64,000 bases of DNA from an uncultured Chroococcidiopsis sp. (GTDB lineage Bacteria > Cyanobacteriota > Cyanobacteriia > Cyanobacteriales > Chroococcidiopsidaceae), in the NCBI GenBank assembly GCA_964248365.1, contig CAXTYC010000024.1:15932-79931 (forward strand), read 5' to 3'. The notes under the pieces are model-generated. The model saw only the letters and a list, made by a program, of their open reading frames with translations, did not search any database and was not told the DNA's origin. The translations under genes were made by a program, and so were the position numbers. Below, one piece after another: positions 21,539 through 30,811 of this stretch (its first letter is position 1; the number at the start of each line of letters is the position of its first letter).

Positions 21539-22090
21539 CTATGCAACCACAACTGGACGAAAGTGAATTTCTTTACCTATGTATTCAGGTGTCCAGCCTT
21601 GAGTTCCACTGAAGTAACGTACTGCTTTAACTCGCCCTTCTGGAGTTAAATAAAACCAGTGTTCTGTTCCTGCTGGTACATTAATATATTCCTCTGGCTG
21701 CACTGTCAATTCCACTTGGCTTCCATCAGGTCGCACAAAGCCAAAAATTCCCTCACCGTCAACGATGTAACGTACTTCGTCCTCAGCGTGAGTGTGGATT
21801 TGATTAAACTTAGCCAGCAGTGCATCAAGGTTAAGTAATGGATGCAACACGATTAAGTCACGGGATTGATACCCTAGAGTGCGTTGCAGTTCCTCAAAGT
21901 AATTATCTAAAGCCGTAAGTACTTGTTCTTTCTCCTCCTCATTGAGGTTTTCCTGTGCCAGTAGAGAATGCAACCGAGTATTATCCCCTATACACCAGTG
22001 CTTGATCTGAATATTCAGGGGAGCAAGTTCACGGGCAATATCAACAAGTTGGGTGTAAGTAGTACCGTCTTCAAGTCGTAAAATCGCCAT
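21539..22090 (-). CDS. mtnD: Acireductone dioxygenase (cupin)
   Basis: HTHAEDEVRYIVDGEGIF, VPAGTEHWF, AVRYF. Confidence 0.93.
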   Translation of the reverse strand: MAILRLEDGTTYTQLVDIARELAPLNIQIKHWCIGDNTRLHSLLAQENLNEEEKEQVLTALDNYFEELQRTLGYQSRDLIVLHPLLNLDALLAKFNQIHTHAEDEVRYIVDGEGIFGFVRPDGSQVELTVQPEEYINVPAGTEHWFYLTPEGRVKAVRYFSGTQGWTPEYIGKEIHFRPVVVA

Positions 22091-22202
22091 ATCAGTTATC
22101 AGTTATCAGTTATCAGTTATCAATTTCGGTCAGAGGTTTACTGTTCACTGTTCACTGGACAAGAGTCATTGGTGTTAAACAAATGACAAAAAACAAAATA
22201 TA

Positions 22203-23084
22203 TCATGCAGTTTTGTTAGTTAGTTTAACCCAGCTAAAAACAGTTACAAATAGCAAAAACTGTAGAAGTACAATGCTAGGACCAGAAGCGAAGTTGAAAA
22301 GACCAGATACCAGCATTCCTGCCATACTACTTATCACCCCTAAGATCATTGATGTTGCTAGAAAGCGACTGAAGTGATGACTCAGTAGCTTAGCAGTAGT
22401 TGCCGGAATTACCAAAAACGCATTTACCAATAAAACACCTACAGCTTTAATTGCTACGGCAACAGCAAGGGACAGTAGTACAACAAAGACGTAGCGATAT
22501 AATCCAACCGGAATGCCTTGTACTAGTGCTACAGATGGATTGAGCGTTAGCAAAATTTGCTGGCGTAGGGTTGACAGCAAAAAAACGCTGCCAGCCATAA
22601 GCACAAGCAGAGTTAAAATCAGATCGGTCTGGTCGATCGCTAGAATATCACCGAACAGCACCCCCATCAAGTTGCCGCGATAACCTTGGATTAAACTAGT
22701 CAGAATCACACCGAATGCCAATGCTCCAGACAATACAACACTTAGAACACTGTCACTTGCCAAATGGGAGGAGTCAATTAGGTAAAGGACGACTAAGCCA
22801 AAGACTAAAGTAAAAGGTAGCAGCATCCAAGTTGGATTTAACTCAAGCAAAACCCCCAAAGCCACCCCCACTAAAGCAGCATGACCCACAGCATGACTAA
22901 AAAAAGATAATTGCCGCAAAGTCACAAAAGTGCCAAGTAAGCCGCCGAGTAATCCCATTAACACAGCACCTGCGATCGCACGCTGCATAAAGGGAAACTG
23001 TAGCAGATTCACCAGATTATCAATGCCAGTCGTGGCAAGCGTACTGCAAGAATAATTGAACAAATTCATACTTGATTGGGTCAT
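22203..23084 (-). CDS. znuB: Zn/Mn ABC transporter permease
   Basis: FPFMQRA, SHAVGHAALVG, LFGDIL, VGVLLVNAFLVIPA; start uncertain. Confidence 0.9.
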   Translation of the reverse strand: MTQSSMNLFNYSCSTLATTGIDNLVNLLQFPFMQRAIAGAVLMGLLGGLLGTFVTLRQLSFFSHAVGHAALVGVALGVLLELNPTWMLLPFTLVFGLVVLYLIDSSHLASDSVLSVVLSGALAFGVILTSLIQGYRGNLMGVLFGDILAIDQTDLILTLLVLMAGSVFLLSTLRQQILLTLNPSVALVQGIPVGLYRYVFVVLLSLAVAVAIKAVGVLLVNAFLVIPATTAKLLSHHFSRFLATSMILGVISSMAGMLVSGLFNFASGPSIVLLQFLLFVTVFSWVKLTNKTA

Positions 23085-23158
23085 ATCATCAACCCACGCT
23101 ATACTTGGGGTGTTGCGAAGATTCAACAAAAGCAAAAATTCAAAAACCGATTTCTCAA

Positions 23159-23587
23159 ATGTCAGTTTACTCTGCTGCTAATCAGGCTAAAACTAATTCA
23201 AATCAAAAGGCAGAGCGTCTTAATTGTAATCCGCCCCACCCTGTTGATGTAGATGGGGTTTCTCACATACAAAGTCATATCCTCAATACCGAAAAAGCTC
23301 AGCGGATGGCTGAGTTTTTTAGCCTTTTAGGAGATGCCAACCGCTTACGAATTCTCTCTGTATTGGCACAAAAGGAACTTTGTGTTTGCGACTTGGCAGC
23401 TGCATTGGACATGAGTGAATCAGCTGTTTCCCATCAGTTGCGGACATTACGGGCAATACGACTTGTCAGCTACCGCAAGCAGGGACGCAATGTTTTCTAT
23501 CACCTCCAAGATAGTCATGTCTTAAGTCTTTATCAATCCGTCGCCGAACACCTTGATGAGCAAGAGGGGCTAGAGGCTAGGGGCTAG
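23159..23587 (+). CDS. smtB: ArsR/SmtB family metal-sensing repressor
   Basis: AEFFSLLGDANRLRI, ELCVCD, SAVSHQLR, alpha5 site DSH..EH. Confidence 0.9.
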   Translation: MSVYSAANQAKTNSNQKAERLNCNPPHPVDVDGVSHIQSHILNTEKAQRMAEFFSLLGDANRLRILSVLAQKELCVCDLAAALDMSESAVSHQLRTLRAIRLVSYRKQGRNVFYHLQDSHVLSLYQSVAEHLDEQEGLEARG

Positions 23588-23794
23588 AGGCTAGAGGTTA
23601 GAGGCTAGAGGCTAGAGGCTGGAGGCTAGGCGCTAGAGGCTAGAGGCTGGAGGAAGCGCGAAAAAGTTTAAGGGAAAAGAGGATTTTGGAGCTATAGATT
23701 TTGGAGCCTTGGATTAGAATTTCTCCTCTGCCCCTGAAGCCCCTGAAGCCCCTGAAGCTCCCCCTAGCCCCTAGCCCCTAGCCCCCAGCCCCTA
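23569..23794. repeat. Heptameric STRR tracts (GAGGCTA)n and (GCCCCTA)n in opposite orientation between convergent smtB and znuC
   Basis: About 11 GAGGCTA-like units at 23569-23650; CCCTGAAGC and CCCCTAG units at 23731-23794. Confidence 0.9.
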
Positions 23795-24550
23795 GTTATG
23801 GTGATGATGGTAGCGGCTGAAGCTTGGACCATAGGTAGCTAGAAGGTTTTGGGGAGAAAGAGCAGTATCAGGTGTGCCAGTGCAAACAACTGTTTGGTTG
23901 AGGCACAGGACGCGATCGCAATGGCGGCTAACCATGTCAACATCATGGGAAATCTGCAACACTGTCCAACCTTCCTCGCTTTTAAGTTGATGCAGCAAGG
24001 CATAAAAATCAGCTGCACCTTGCATATCTACACCTGCAAATGCTTCATCTAATACCAATAGTTGACGAGGCATTACCAAGCAGTAAGCTAGTAACACTCG
24101 CTTTAATTCGCCTCCGCTGAGGCTACCGACTGCTTGATGTCTAAGATGGTAGGCATTCACTCGCTCTAATGCCAGTGCGATCGCCGCTTGCTTGTTTCTT
24201 ACCCCTCGAAGCTCCACATATCCCAGCCCCACCAACTCGCCCACACAGATAGGAAAGCTGCGGTCAAAGATAAAATTTTGCGGCATATAGCCTATTTGAT
24301 GGGATAAATCCCCCAACCGTTTGATTGGGCGACCAAAAATTTCAATTCTCCCTGATGTGTGTGGTATTATACCTAAAAGGGCTTGCACCAGGGTACTTTT
24401 CCCCGCTCCATTTGGACCTACTACAGCTGTATCTGTCCCTGGTAACAATTCAAACGAAACATCTCGGACAGCTAAATATTTGTTGTGATAAACTGTTAAA
24501 CCCTCTACCTTCAGGATCGGGTATTGGCTGTTAAATAATTCATTTGGCAT
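23792..24550 (-). CDS. znuC: Zn/Mn ABC transporter ATP-binding protein
   Basis: GPNGAGKST, LSGGE, LVLDE, SHD, His-rich tail. Confidence 0.92.
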   Translation of the reverse strand: MPNELFNSQYPILKVEGLTVYHNKYLAVRDVSFELLPGTDTAVVGPNGAGKSTLVQALLGIIPHTSGRIEIFGRPIKRLGDLSHQIGYMPQNFIFDRSFPICVGELVGLGYVELRGVRNKQAAIALALERVNAYHLRHQAVGSLSGGELKRVLLAYCLVMPRQLLVLDEAFAGVDMQGAADFYALLHQLKSEEGWTVLQISHDVDMVSRHCDRVLCLNQTVVCTGTPDTALSPQNLLATYGPSFSRYHHHHN

Positions 24551-24555
24551 CACGA

Positions 24556-25551
24556 CTACCGACAAGCTGATTCTAAAGTTTGCAGATTGGCTTTCATCGC
24601 CGTGAAGTAATGCTGCGGATCGGTTGACCCTTTTTCCAAGGAATCTAAAGGACGTAGGGTTAAATTCAAATCTTGGGAAAGACTTTTAAGCAACTTATTA
24701 TCCACTCCTGGTTCTCCAAATAATGCCTTGACTTTGTACTGTTTCACAGCCGCTATAGCTCTTTGCACGTCTTGGGGTGACAATTGATCTTCTGGAATTT
24801 CTACTACGGCAACTTGCTTGAGTTGATAGCGTTTAGCTAGGTAAGGATAAGCGTCATGGAAGGTAACGAAAGTGCAGTTAGGATACTGTTGTAGCCTCTG
24901 CTTAAACTCTTTGTCTAAAGCCTGCAACTGCTGGATATAAGCCGTTGCATTCGCCTGGTAAGTTGCTTTGTTTTTCCCATCGGCTGCTATCAAGCCGTCA
25001 CGAATATTTGCCACCTGCTGTTTTGCTAGAAGTGGATCAAGCCAAACGTGAGGATTACCAGCTTTATGTTCGTGTTGTGCCTCTAAAGCAGTGTTTACAA
25101 CGGGTGAAATTGCCTCTAAAGCTTGAATTCCCGAACTTGCATCAATTTGTTTGAGTTGAGAATTTCCGGCATTTTTGACAGTATCATCGAGAAATTCCTC
25201 CAACCCTAAGCCATTTTTAACTAATACATTAGCCGTTGCGATCGCACTCACATTTGCTGGTGTCGCTTGGTATTCATGTACTTCTGTTCCTGGTGGCACT
25301 AAAATTTCTACCTTCGCGGATTCTCCCGCCACTGCTTTGGTAAACCAATACATCGGCAAAAAAGTAGTTACTACTTCGAGTTGCTTTGATGGTGATGCTG
25401 TTTCCCCCGCCCCAGATGTAGGCGACGAATTTGATGAATTGCAGCCAGTGGTAGCTGACAACACTAGTATTGGCAGTAGGGCTATCCTCTGCCTACCCGC
25501 TTGATGCCAACTCTTGCGGCTCAAATTTCTCCTTTGATTGGCGATCGCCAT
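24556..25551 (-). CDS. znuA: Zn/Mn ABC transporter substrate-binding lipoprotein
   Basis: EVHEY, NPHVWLDP, FHDAYPY; lipobox TTGC. Confidence 0.92.
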   Translation of the reverse strand: MAIANQRRNLSRKSWHQAGRQRIALLPILVLSATTGCNSSNSSPTSGAGETASPSKQLEVVTTFLPMYWFTKAVAGESAKVEILVPPGTEVHEYQATPANVSAIATANVLVKNGLGLEEFLDDTVKNAGNSQLKQIDASSGIQALEAISPVVNTALEAQHEHKAGNPHVWLDPLLAKQQVANIRDGLIAADGKNKATYQANATAYIQQLQALDKEFKQRLQQYPNCTFVTFHDAYPYLAKRYQLKQVAVVEIPEDQLSPQDVQRAIAAVKQYKVKALFGEPGVDNKLLKSLSQDLNLTLRPLDSLEKGSTDPQHYFTAMKANLQTLESACR

Positions 25552-25577
25552 CGCTGTTTTTTCACCCACTCACCCCA

Positions 25578-25592
25578 TGATAATGAATATCA
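25578..25592. promoter_or_regulatory. Zur box upstream of znuA
   Basis: TGATAATGAATATCA, one mismatch from the cyanobacterial 7-1-7 TGATAATNATTATCA. Confidence 0.75.
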
Positions 25593-25677
25593 TTTTATCT
25601 AAAAATCAAATATATTCTTGCTTTATTTTTCTCTCCTACGGGGGATGTTTAATCATAAAATTTGAGGAATAGAAGTT

Positions 25678-25874
25678 TACTTGTAAAGCTCGCCTGTACG
25701 AGTAGGGACTGGTTGTTTGAATCAGTTACCAGTTACCAGTTACCAACTACCAACTACCAGTTCTATTACTGACATTCAATTATCTTGTGAGTTAAGGTAT
25801 TGTAGCGAACAATGTTTATTAGTACATTAGTACTATAATACGCCAAAAGCTTCGCTACTTTTACCTATCAAGTA
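25678..25874 (+). ncRNA. Candidate retron msr-msd non-coding RNA
   Basis: Short flanking IR TACTTG (25678)/CAAGTA (25869); AAGC with candidate branch G25688; hairpins CTCG..CGAG and ACTGGTT..AATCAGT; long hairpin AGGTA-TT-GTAGCGAA..TTCGCTAC-TTT-TACCT (25795-25866) abutting the RT start. Confidence 0.5.
25821..25839 (+). promoter_or_regulatory. LexA-box match overlapping a TATAAT -10 element upstream of the RT
   Basis: AGTAC-ATT-AGTACT (25821-25834) fits RGTAC-N3-DGTWCB; TATAAT at 25834-25839. Confidence 0.55.
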
Positions 25875-27277
25875 TGTCCGAGCAGCCCCGTACCCGCCAG
25901 GAACTTTACGATCGCATTCGTTCCACTTCCAAACAAGAATTTATCCTTGAAGAAATGATTCGCTTGGGATTTTGGTCTGCACAAGGTCAAATTCCAGAAG
26001 ATCCAGCAGATGAAATTCGGCGGATAGGAGAACTGCGACGAGAACTAGAGCAACTACGGCAGGAGAATGCCCGTCTTTTCAACGAAAAAGCCCTACGCAG
26101 GCAGTTACTAAAGCAACGACTAGCCGAATTGCGGCATAAGCAGCAGGAAACTAAGGAACGAAGAGAACGGGAAAGACTTGAAAGAGCAGCAGCTTGGCAA
26201 CAAAGAAAACAGCAACAAATCCTTTATCTCGGTGAAAACGTCTCAGGTGGACTCAATCATACCAATTGCAATCAGGAGCGTTTAAATAGCTATGGCTTAC
26301 CAGTTTTAGCCACAGCTGAACAAATTGCCACTGCGATGGGAATTAGTGTGGGACAACTGAGATTTTTGGCTTTTTCTCGCCAGACTTCTACCATAACCCA
26401 CTATATTCGCTTCAAAATTCCCAAAAAAACAGGTGGAGAGCGGTTAATCTCAGCCCCCATGCCGCGCTTAAAAAATGCACAACATTGGATACTTGTCAAT
26501 ATATTAGAAAAACTGGAACTGCACGATGCGGCACATGGTTTTCGACGCGATCGCTCTATCGTTAGCAATGCTCAACCCCATGTAGGGCGTGACATAATCA
26601 TCAACTTTGACCTCAAAGACTTCTTTCCCTCAATTTCCTATCAACGAGTTAAAGGGCTATTCCAATCCTTTGGCTACACTGAAGCAGCAGCCACAATTTT
26701 CGCCTTGCTATGTACCCAACCAGAAATCGAAGAAGTAGAACTAGACGGCAAAACCTACTATGTAGCATTGACACAACGACATTTACCCCAAGGTTCCCCA
26801 GCTTCACCAGCCATTACCAACCTACTATGTCGCCGCCTAGATCGACGCTTAACTCTTATGGCTGAATCACTAGGCTTTATTTATACCCGCTATGCAGACG
26901 ACCTGACATTTTCTGCTTCTGGTGACAGCCTGCGACATATCTGCAATATCCTCAGACGCACCGAGTCAATTGTGGCTCACGAAGGATTTACCATCAACGA
27001 ACAAAAGACGAGAATCTTACGCAAAAATCGGCAACAAGAAGTCACAGGGATTGTAGTCAACACACATCCCAACATATCCAAAGAAACTCTTCATAGCTTC
27101 CGCGCCACCCTATATCAAATTGAAAAAGACGGAATAGAAGGTAAACGCTGGGGAAACTCTACCGATGTGATAGCTGCAATTGCAGGCTTTGCTAATTTTG
27201 TTGCTATGGTTAATCCTGAAAAAGGAGCGAAGTTGCAACAGCAAGTCAAATTAATTAAAGACAAATACAGAACGTAG
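25874..27277 (+). CDS. Retron-type reverse transcriptase with N-terminal coiled-coil extension
   Basis: IPKKTGGERLISAP, AHGF, region X NAQPH, DLKDFFPSI, LPQGSPASP, YADD, region Y VTG. Confidence 0.93.
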   Translation: MSEQPRTRQELYDRIRSTSKQEFILEEMIRLGFWSAQGQIPEDPADEIRRIGELRRELEQLRQENARLFNEKALRRQLLKQRLAELRHKQQETKERRERERLERAAAWQQRKQQQILYLGENVSGGLNHTNCNQERLNSYGLPVLATAEQIATAMGISVGQLRFLAFSRQTSTITHYIRFKIPKKTGGERLISAPMPRLKNAQHWILVNILEKLELHDAAHGFRRDRSIVSNAQPHVGRDIIINFDLKDFFPSISYQRVKGLFQSFGYTEAAATIFALLCTQPEIEEVELDGKTYYVALTQRHLPQGSPASPAITNLLCRRLDRRLTLMAESLGFIYTRYADDLTFSASGDSLRHICNILRRTESIVAHEGFTINEQKTRILRKNRQQEVTGIVVNTHPNISKETLHSFRATLYQIEKDGIEGKRWGNSTDVIAAIAGFANFVAMVNPEKGAKLQQQVKLIKDKYRT

Positions 27278-27319
27278 TGCTTTGCCTCGCTCTCAAGCTG
27301 AGCCTGGGAGCAAGAATAT

Positions 27320-28012
27320 CTCATCATCGTCAGCACTCTTTCAGCCCATTCGAGCAGTTCTGAATTTATCCCTTGAGGTTGGCGATCAAATTGAATACCA
27401 TGCTCTGCCAACACGGTTAGAGCGTGGGACGATATGGAAGTACCCTTAAACTTTTGACACTCCCACCGAGCCTTCGGGGGATTCTTCATTCAACAAGTCC
27501 ACTTAGTTTAAACCCCTTGCGGTATCTAAACCAGAGGTGGTTCTCTCCTGAAGCGTTAACTTTCGGTCTGCCCGACCGTAGTTGCATTACTGCAAAACTT
27601 TGCTTGATTTAGCTACAAAGCTAAGTACTGTTCGTTTGGTGTGGGTGAATCTTTTACCTACTTTCAGGAGCTACTATTGTAGCAACCGGAACAACAAAGT
27701 AGAACCAGCTAGATTCAATTACCAAGGTGCAGCGCGTTAACCGTTTAGGTTACTAGGTTTTTTGAGAGGTTAATTACCTTGCCTGTGTGCCAAAATATAC
27801 AACATAATCGGGTAGGAACGCAAGCCCCTGCCCGATATTCATCCCCCGATCCTTCGGGGTCTTCTATCGGTTGAAAGATAAAGTCCAGCCGATCGCACCT
27901 GAATTTCACCGCAGCTCTGGTCTAACCTATTTTCTTCAATCTTGTGCTGAAATAGCGCCTCTGCCATTGGGTTACGACAAGTGTTACCAGTACAAACAAA
28001 TAGAACTCGCAT
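27320..28012 (-). pseudogene. Low-molecular-weight protein phosphatase (YwlE/ArsC superfamily) split by a mini-IS and 3'-truncated
   Basis: 28012-27878 encodes MRVLFVCTGNTCRNPMAEALF..RSAGLY; continues at 27453 as KFKGTSISSHALTVLAEHGI..LEWAERVLTM; no C-terminal DP motif. Confidence 0.88.
27454..27877 (-). mobile_element. Non-autonomous IS200/IS605-family miniature element with TnpB omega-RNA-like right end
   Basis: Left hairpin AAGACCCCGAAGGATCGGGGGATGAAT; right hairpin GAATCCCCCGAAGGCTCGGTGGGAGTGTCAA; inserted 3' of TTTAT with no target duplication; removal restores the host reading frame. Confidence 0.85.
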
Positions 28013-28062
28013 TTAGCAATTGGTAATTGGTGATTGGTAATTGGTAGTTGGGAAAAGGGAAG

Positions 28063-29159
28063 CTGATCATGTGGTCATTGTCAGTACCACAGCTAGGAGC
28101 AACTTTGGCAGCAACCTTGGTAGGCTACGAAGCTGGGTTGTTAGATCAAAGAATATTAAACAGCGTCATTGTTTTATTGTTGGTAACGGCAACTTTAGGA
28201 CTCCTATTTACTAGTCGCGTAGCCCCAAGTTTGGTCGTAGCGGCAAATAATCTTGAGCCAGAGACAACGCCGCCTGATTGGAATACCCAGCCAGCAGACA
28301 GCCCATTTAAGGTAGTAGTTCCAGTCTATAAACCCCAAGACACAGCAGTATTTGATTGAAATGGCAGCTTTATTCGCACGTCAGGCGGGGGGGGCAGGTA
28401 GTACCATTAGCTGATCGCCAAAGCAACTGCCCATATGGATGCGCCCCAGTTAGAAGCTGCTTTCCAACAAGGAGAGTTACTTCTAGACAATGCCACTGCT
28501 ATTAGCCAACAACAAGGCATGGAGGCTGAACCTGTATTGCGAATTGACGATGCGATCCCACAGGGAATTTGTCGAGCAAGTCGAGAGCAAAAAGCAAGTT
28601 TAATTGTTCTAGGCTGGGGTCAACGTACTGGCTTACGCGCTCGCTTGTTTGGTAATGTAATTGATAGCGTTTTGGCTGAGGCTCATTGTCCTGTTGCGGT
28701 GTCACGCTTAGTGAGTTCCCCCACCCAAATGCGGTGCATTTTAGTACCATTGGAAAATCTCACTTCCCAAGCACTGCGTAAAGTCAAGTTTGCCCATAGA
28801 ATAGCCGCTGCAACTGGAGCATCAGTTACAGTCTTACACATCTGCCCTCCCAATAGCTTGGATGCGATCGCAACTGGCGCTACTATTTGCTAAATTATCT
28901 TTGCCAAATCAATTAGAAATTCAAATCCTTCCTCACGACAATATATTTCAAGCAATTCTAGAGGTAGCCGAAGGATGTGATGAACGTGGTCTTACGTTCT
29001 GTTCGCCCTCGCACCAGTACAAGTAGCGCTTTAGTAGTTGGCGGTGTGACAACCCAACGTGTGAGTGCACTTACCTGTTCCCTCGTCATGCTAGGAGAAC
29101 CGCAACCTGTTGCCACAGCAGCTTTTGCCCTGACTCGCCCCCTAAAAACGTTGCTTTGA
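28063..29159 (+). pseudogene. Cation:proton antiporter with USP-like C-terminal domains, 3' remnant
   Basis: MWSLSVPQLGATLAATLVGY..NSVIVL, RARLFGNVIDSV..HCPVAV; frameshifts near 28335, 28390 and 28880; 5' half missing. Confidence 0.8.
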
Positions 29160-29657
29160 GCAACCGATTGTCCTAAGTACAAGGACATAAAAAAATGGCT
29201 CTTTTGTGCAAAAGGCGAAAGGATTGTGCGGTAAGAGTTATCTAGTTTGACAAGCGCCATTTTTTTGCCTTTCTCCTCCTTAGTAAGTAGGTGGACATAA
29301 TTAAACGTAAAATGCTTAATTCTAAGAAATAAAAAGGTAAAGTACTTACCTTCTGCCTTCTACCTTCTACCTTCTACCTTCTACTTAAAATCTTTGCTAA
29401 ATCTTTAAGGTGGTGTGTATTTACTAAATTTTGAGCGGTAAAAGATACTTTGGGAATAATTGTTTGTTAAATTTTTTAAATTAGGGAATAATCAGTTAAG
29501 CAGTTAGTTGAATAAACAACAAATGCGCCTTGTCAGGCGTTGCTAATATAACAACTGCCTTTCCGTGCTGTAGGGCAAGATTCTCGCAAACGCATACGCA
29601 CTTATTGAGATGCATTGCCAACCCTAATTGAAACACTTGTAACAAACTAGAAAATCT

Positions 29658-30608
29658 ATGAGAATTTTGGTCACTGGTGGCGCTGGGTTTATTGGTTCTC
29701 ACCTAATAGATCGGCTGATGGCTAATGGACACGAAGTTATTTGCTTGGATAACTTTTATACTGGTCACAAACGCAACATCGTTAAATGGTTAGATCATCC
29801 ATACTTTGAACTTATCCGCCACGACATCACTGAACCAATTCGATTAGAAGTCGATCAAATCTATCATCTAGCTTGTCCTGCTTCTCCAGTACACTACCAG
29901 TACAACCCAGTCAAAACCGTCAAAACCAATGTGATGGGAACAATGAATATGCTGGGACTGGCAAAGCGAGTTAAAGCTCGCTTCCTTCTAGCCTCAACTT
30001 CGGAAGTGTATGGCGATCCCGAAGTACATCCTCAAACAGAAGAATACCGAGGAAATGTAAATCCTATCGGCATTCGCTCATGCTATGACGAAGGCAAGCG
30101 AATTGCCGAAACCCTAGCTTTTGACTATCATCGGCAAAATGATGTAGATATTCGGGTAGCGCGCATCTTCAATACCTATGGTCCAAGGATGTTGGAAAAC
30201 GATGGACGGGTAGTGAGTAACTTAGTAGTGCAAGCTTTAAGGAATATTCCTTTAACAGTGTATGGCGACGGTTCTCAAACCCGCAGCTTCTGCTACGTCT
30301 CTGACTTGGTAGAAGGACTAATGCGGCTAATGAATGGCGACTACATTGGTCCTGTCAACTTGGGAAATCCAGAGGAATACACAATTTTACAACTGGCTCA
30401 AAACGTCCAGAACCTAATCAATCCTGATGCCCAAATCAAATTTGCTCCCCTACCTCAAGACGATCCGCGTCGTCGCCGTCCAGATATTACTAAGGCGAAA
30501 ACTTGGTTAAATTGGCAGCCTACAGTTGGGCTGTCACAAGGTTTAAAACTTACAGTAGAAGATTTCAGGCAACGCATTCAAAGTGAGCAGCCAGCTTCTT
30601 TAGCTTAG
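29658..30608 (+). CDS. UDP-glucuronic acid decarboxylase (UDP-xylose synthase)
   Basis: [42 protein letters not shown]. Confidence 0.95.
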   Translation: MRILVTGGAGFIGSHLIDRLMANGHEVICLDNFYTGHKRNIVKWLDHPYFELIRHDITEPIRLEVDQIYHLACPASPVHYQYNPVKTVKTNVMGTMNMLGLAKRVKARFLLASTSEVYGDPEVHPQTEEYRGNVNPIGIRSCYDEGKRIAETLAFDYHRQNDVDIRVARIFNTYGPRMLENDGRVVSNLVVQALRNIPLTVYGDGSQTRSFCYVSDLVEGLMRLMNGDYIGPVNLGNPEEYTILQLAQNVQNLINPDAQIKFAPLPQDDPRRRRPDITKAKTWLNWQPTVGLSQGLKLTVEDFRQRIQSEQPASLA

Positions 30609-30811
30609 AAGTCTGGAATTGCTAAGAAAGCAAAACAAACATTGACAAATAAGCTTATTAGTGCCTTAGAGCGAACGTGCAGTGAAGAGTTGCCCTTGCT
30701 GATCTACAACTCATACCATTTTGGGAACCATAGATATTGGATGCCCAGATTTTAGAGACGCACTCATAGAGCGCGTTTCTACACCCTAAACAATAGAGGA
30801 GATATACGAAT

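Noticed and set aside
23057..23068. SmtB operator TGAACAAATTCA
   Set aside because: Half-site spacing is 4, not the usual 6, and it may lie in znuB coding sequence
25874..27277. RT as group II intron maturase, DGR or CRISPR-associated RT
   Set aside because: Has retron NAxxH and VTG motifs; no maturase or HNH domain, intron domain V, TR/VR pair or cas1 seen
27115..27612. ORFs 27115..27489 (-) and 27424..27612 (+) as retron effectors
   Set aside because: Chimeric read-throughs of the mini-IS end, the phosphatase remnant and antisense RT
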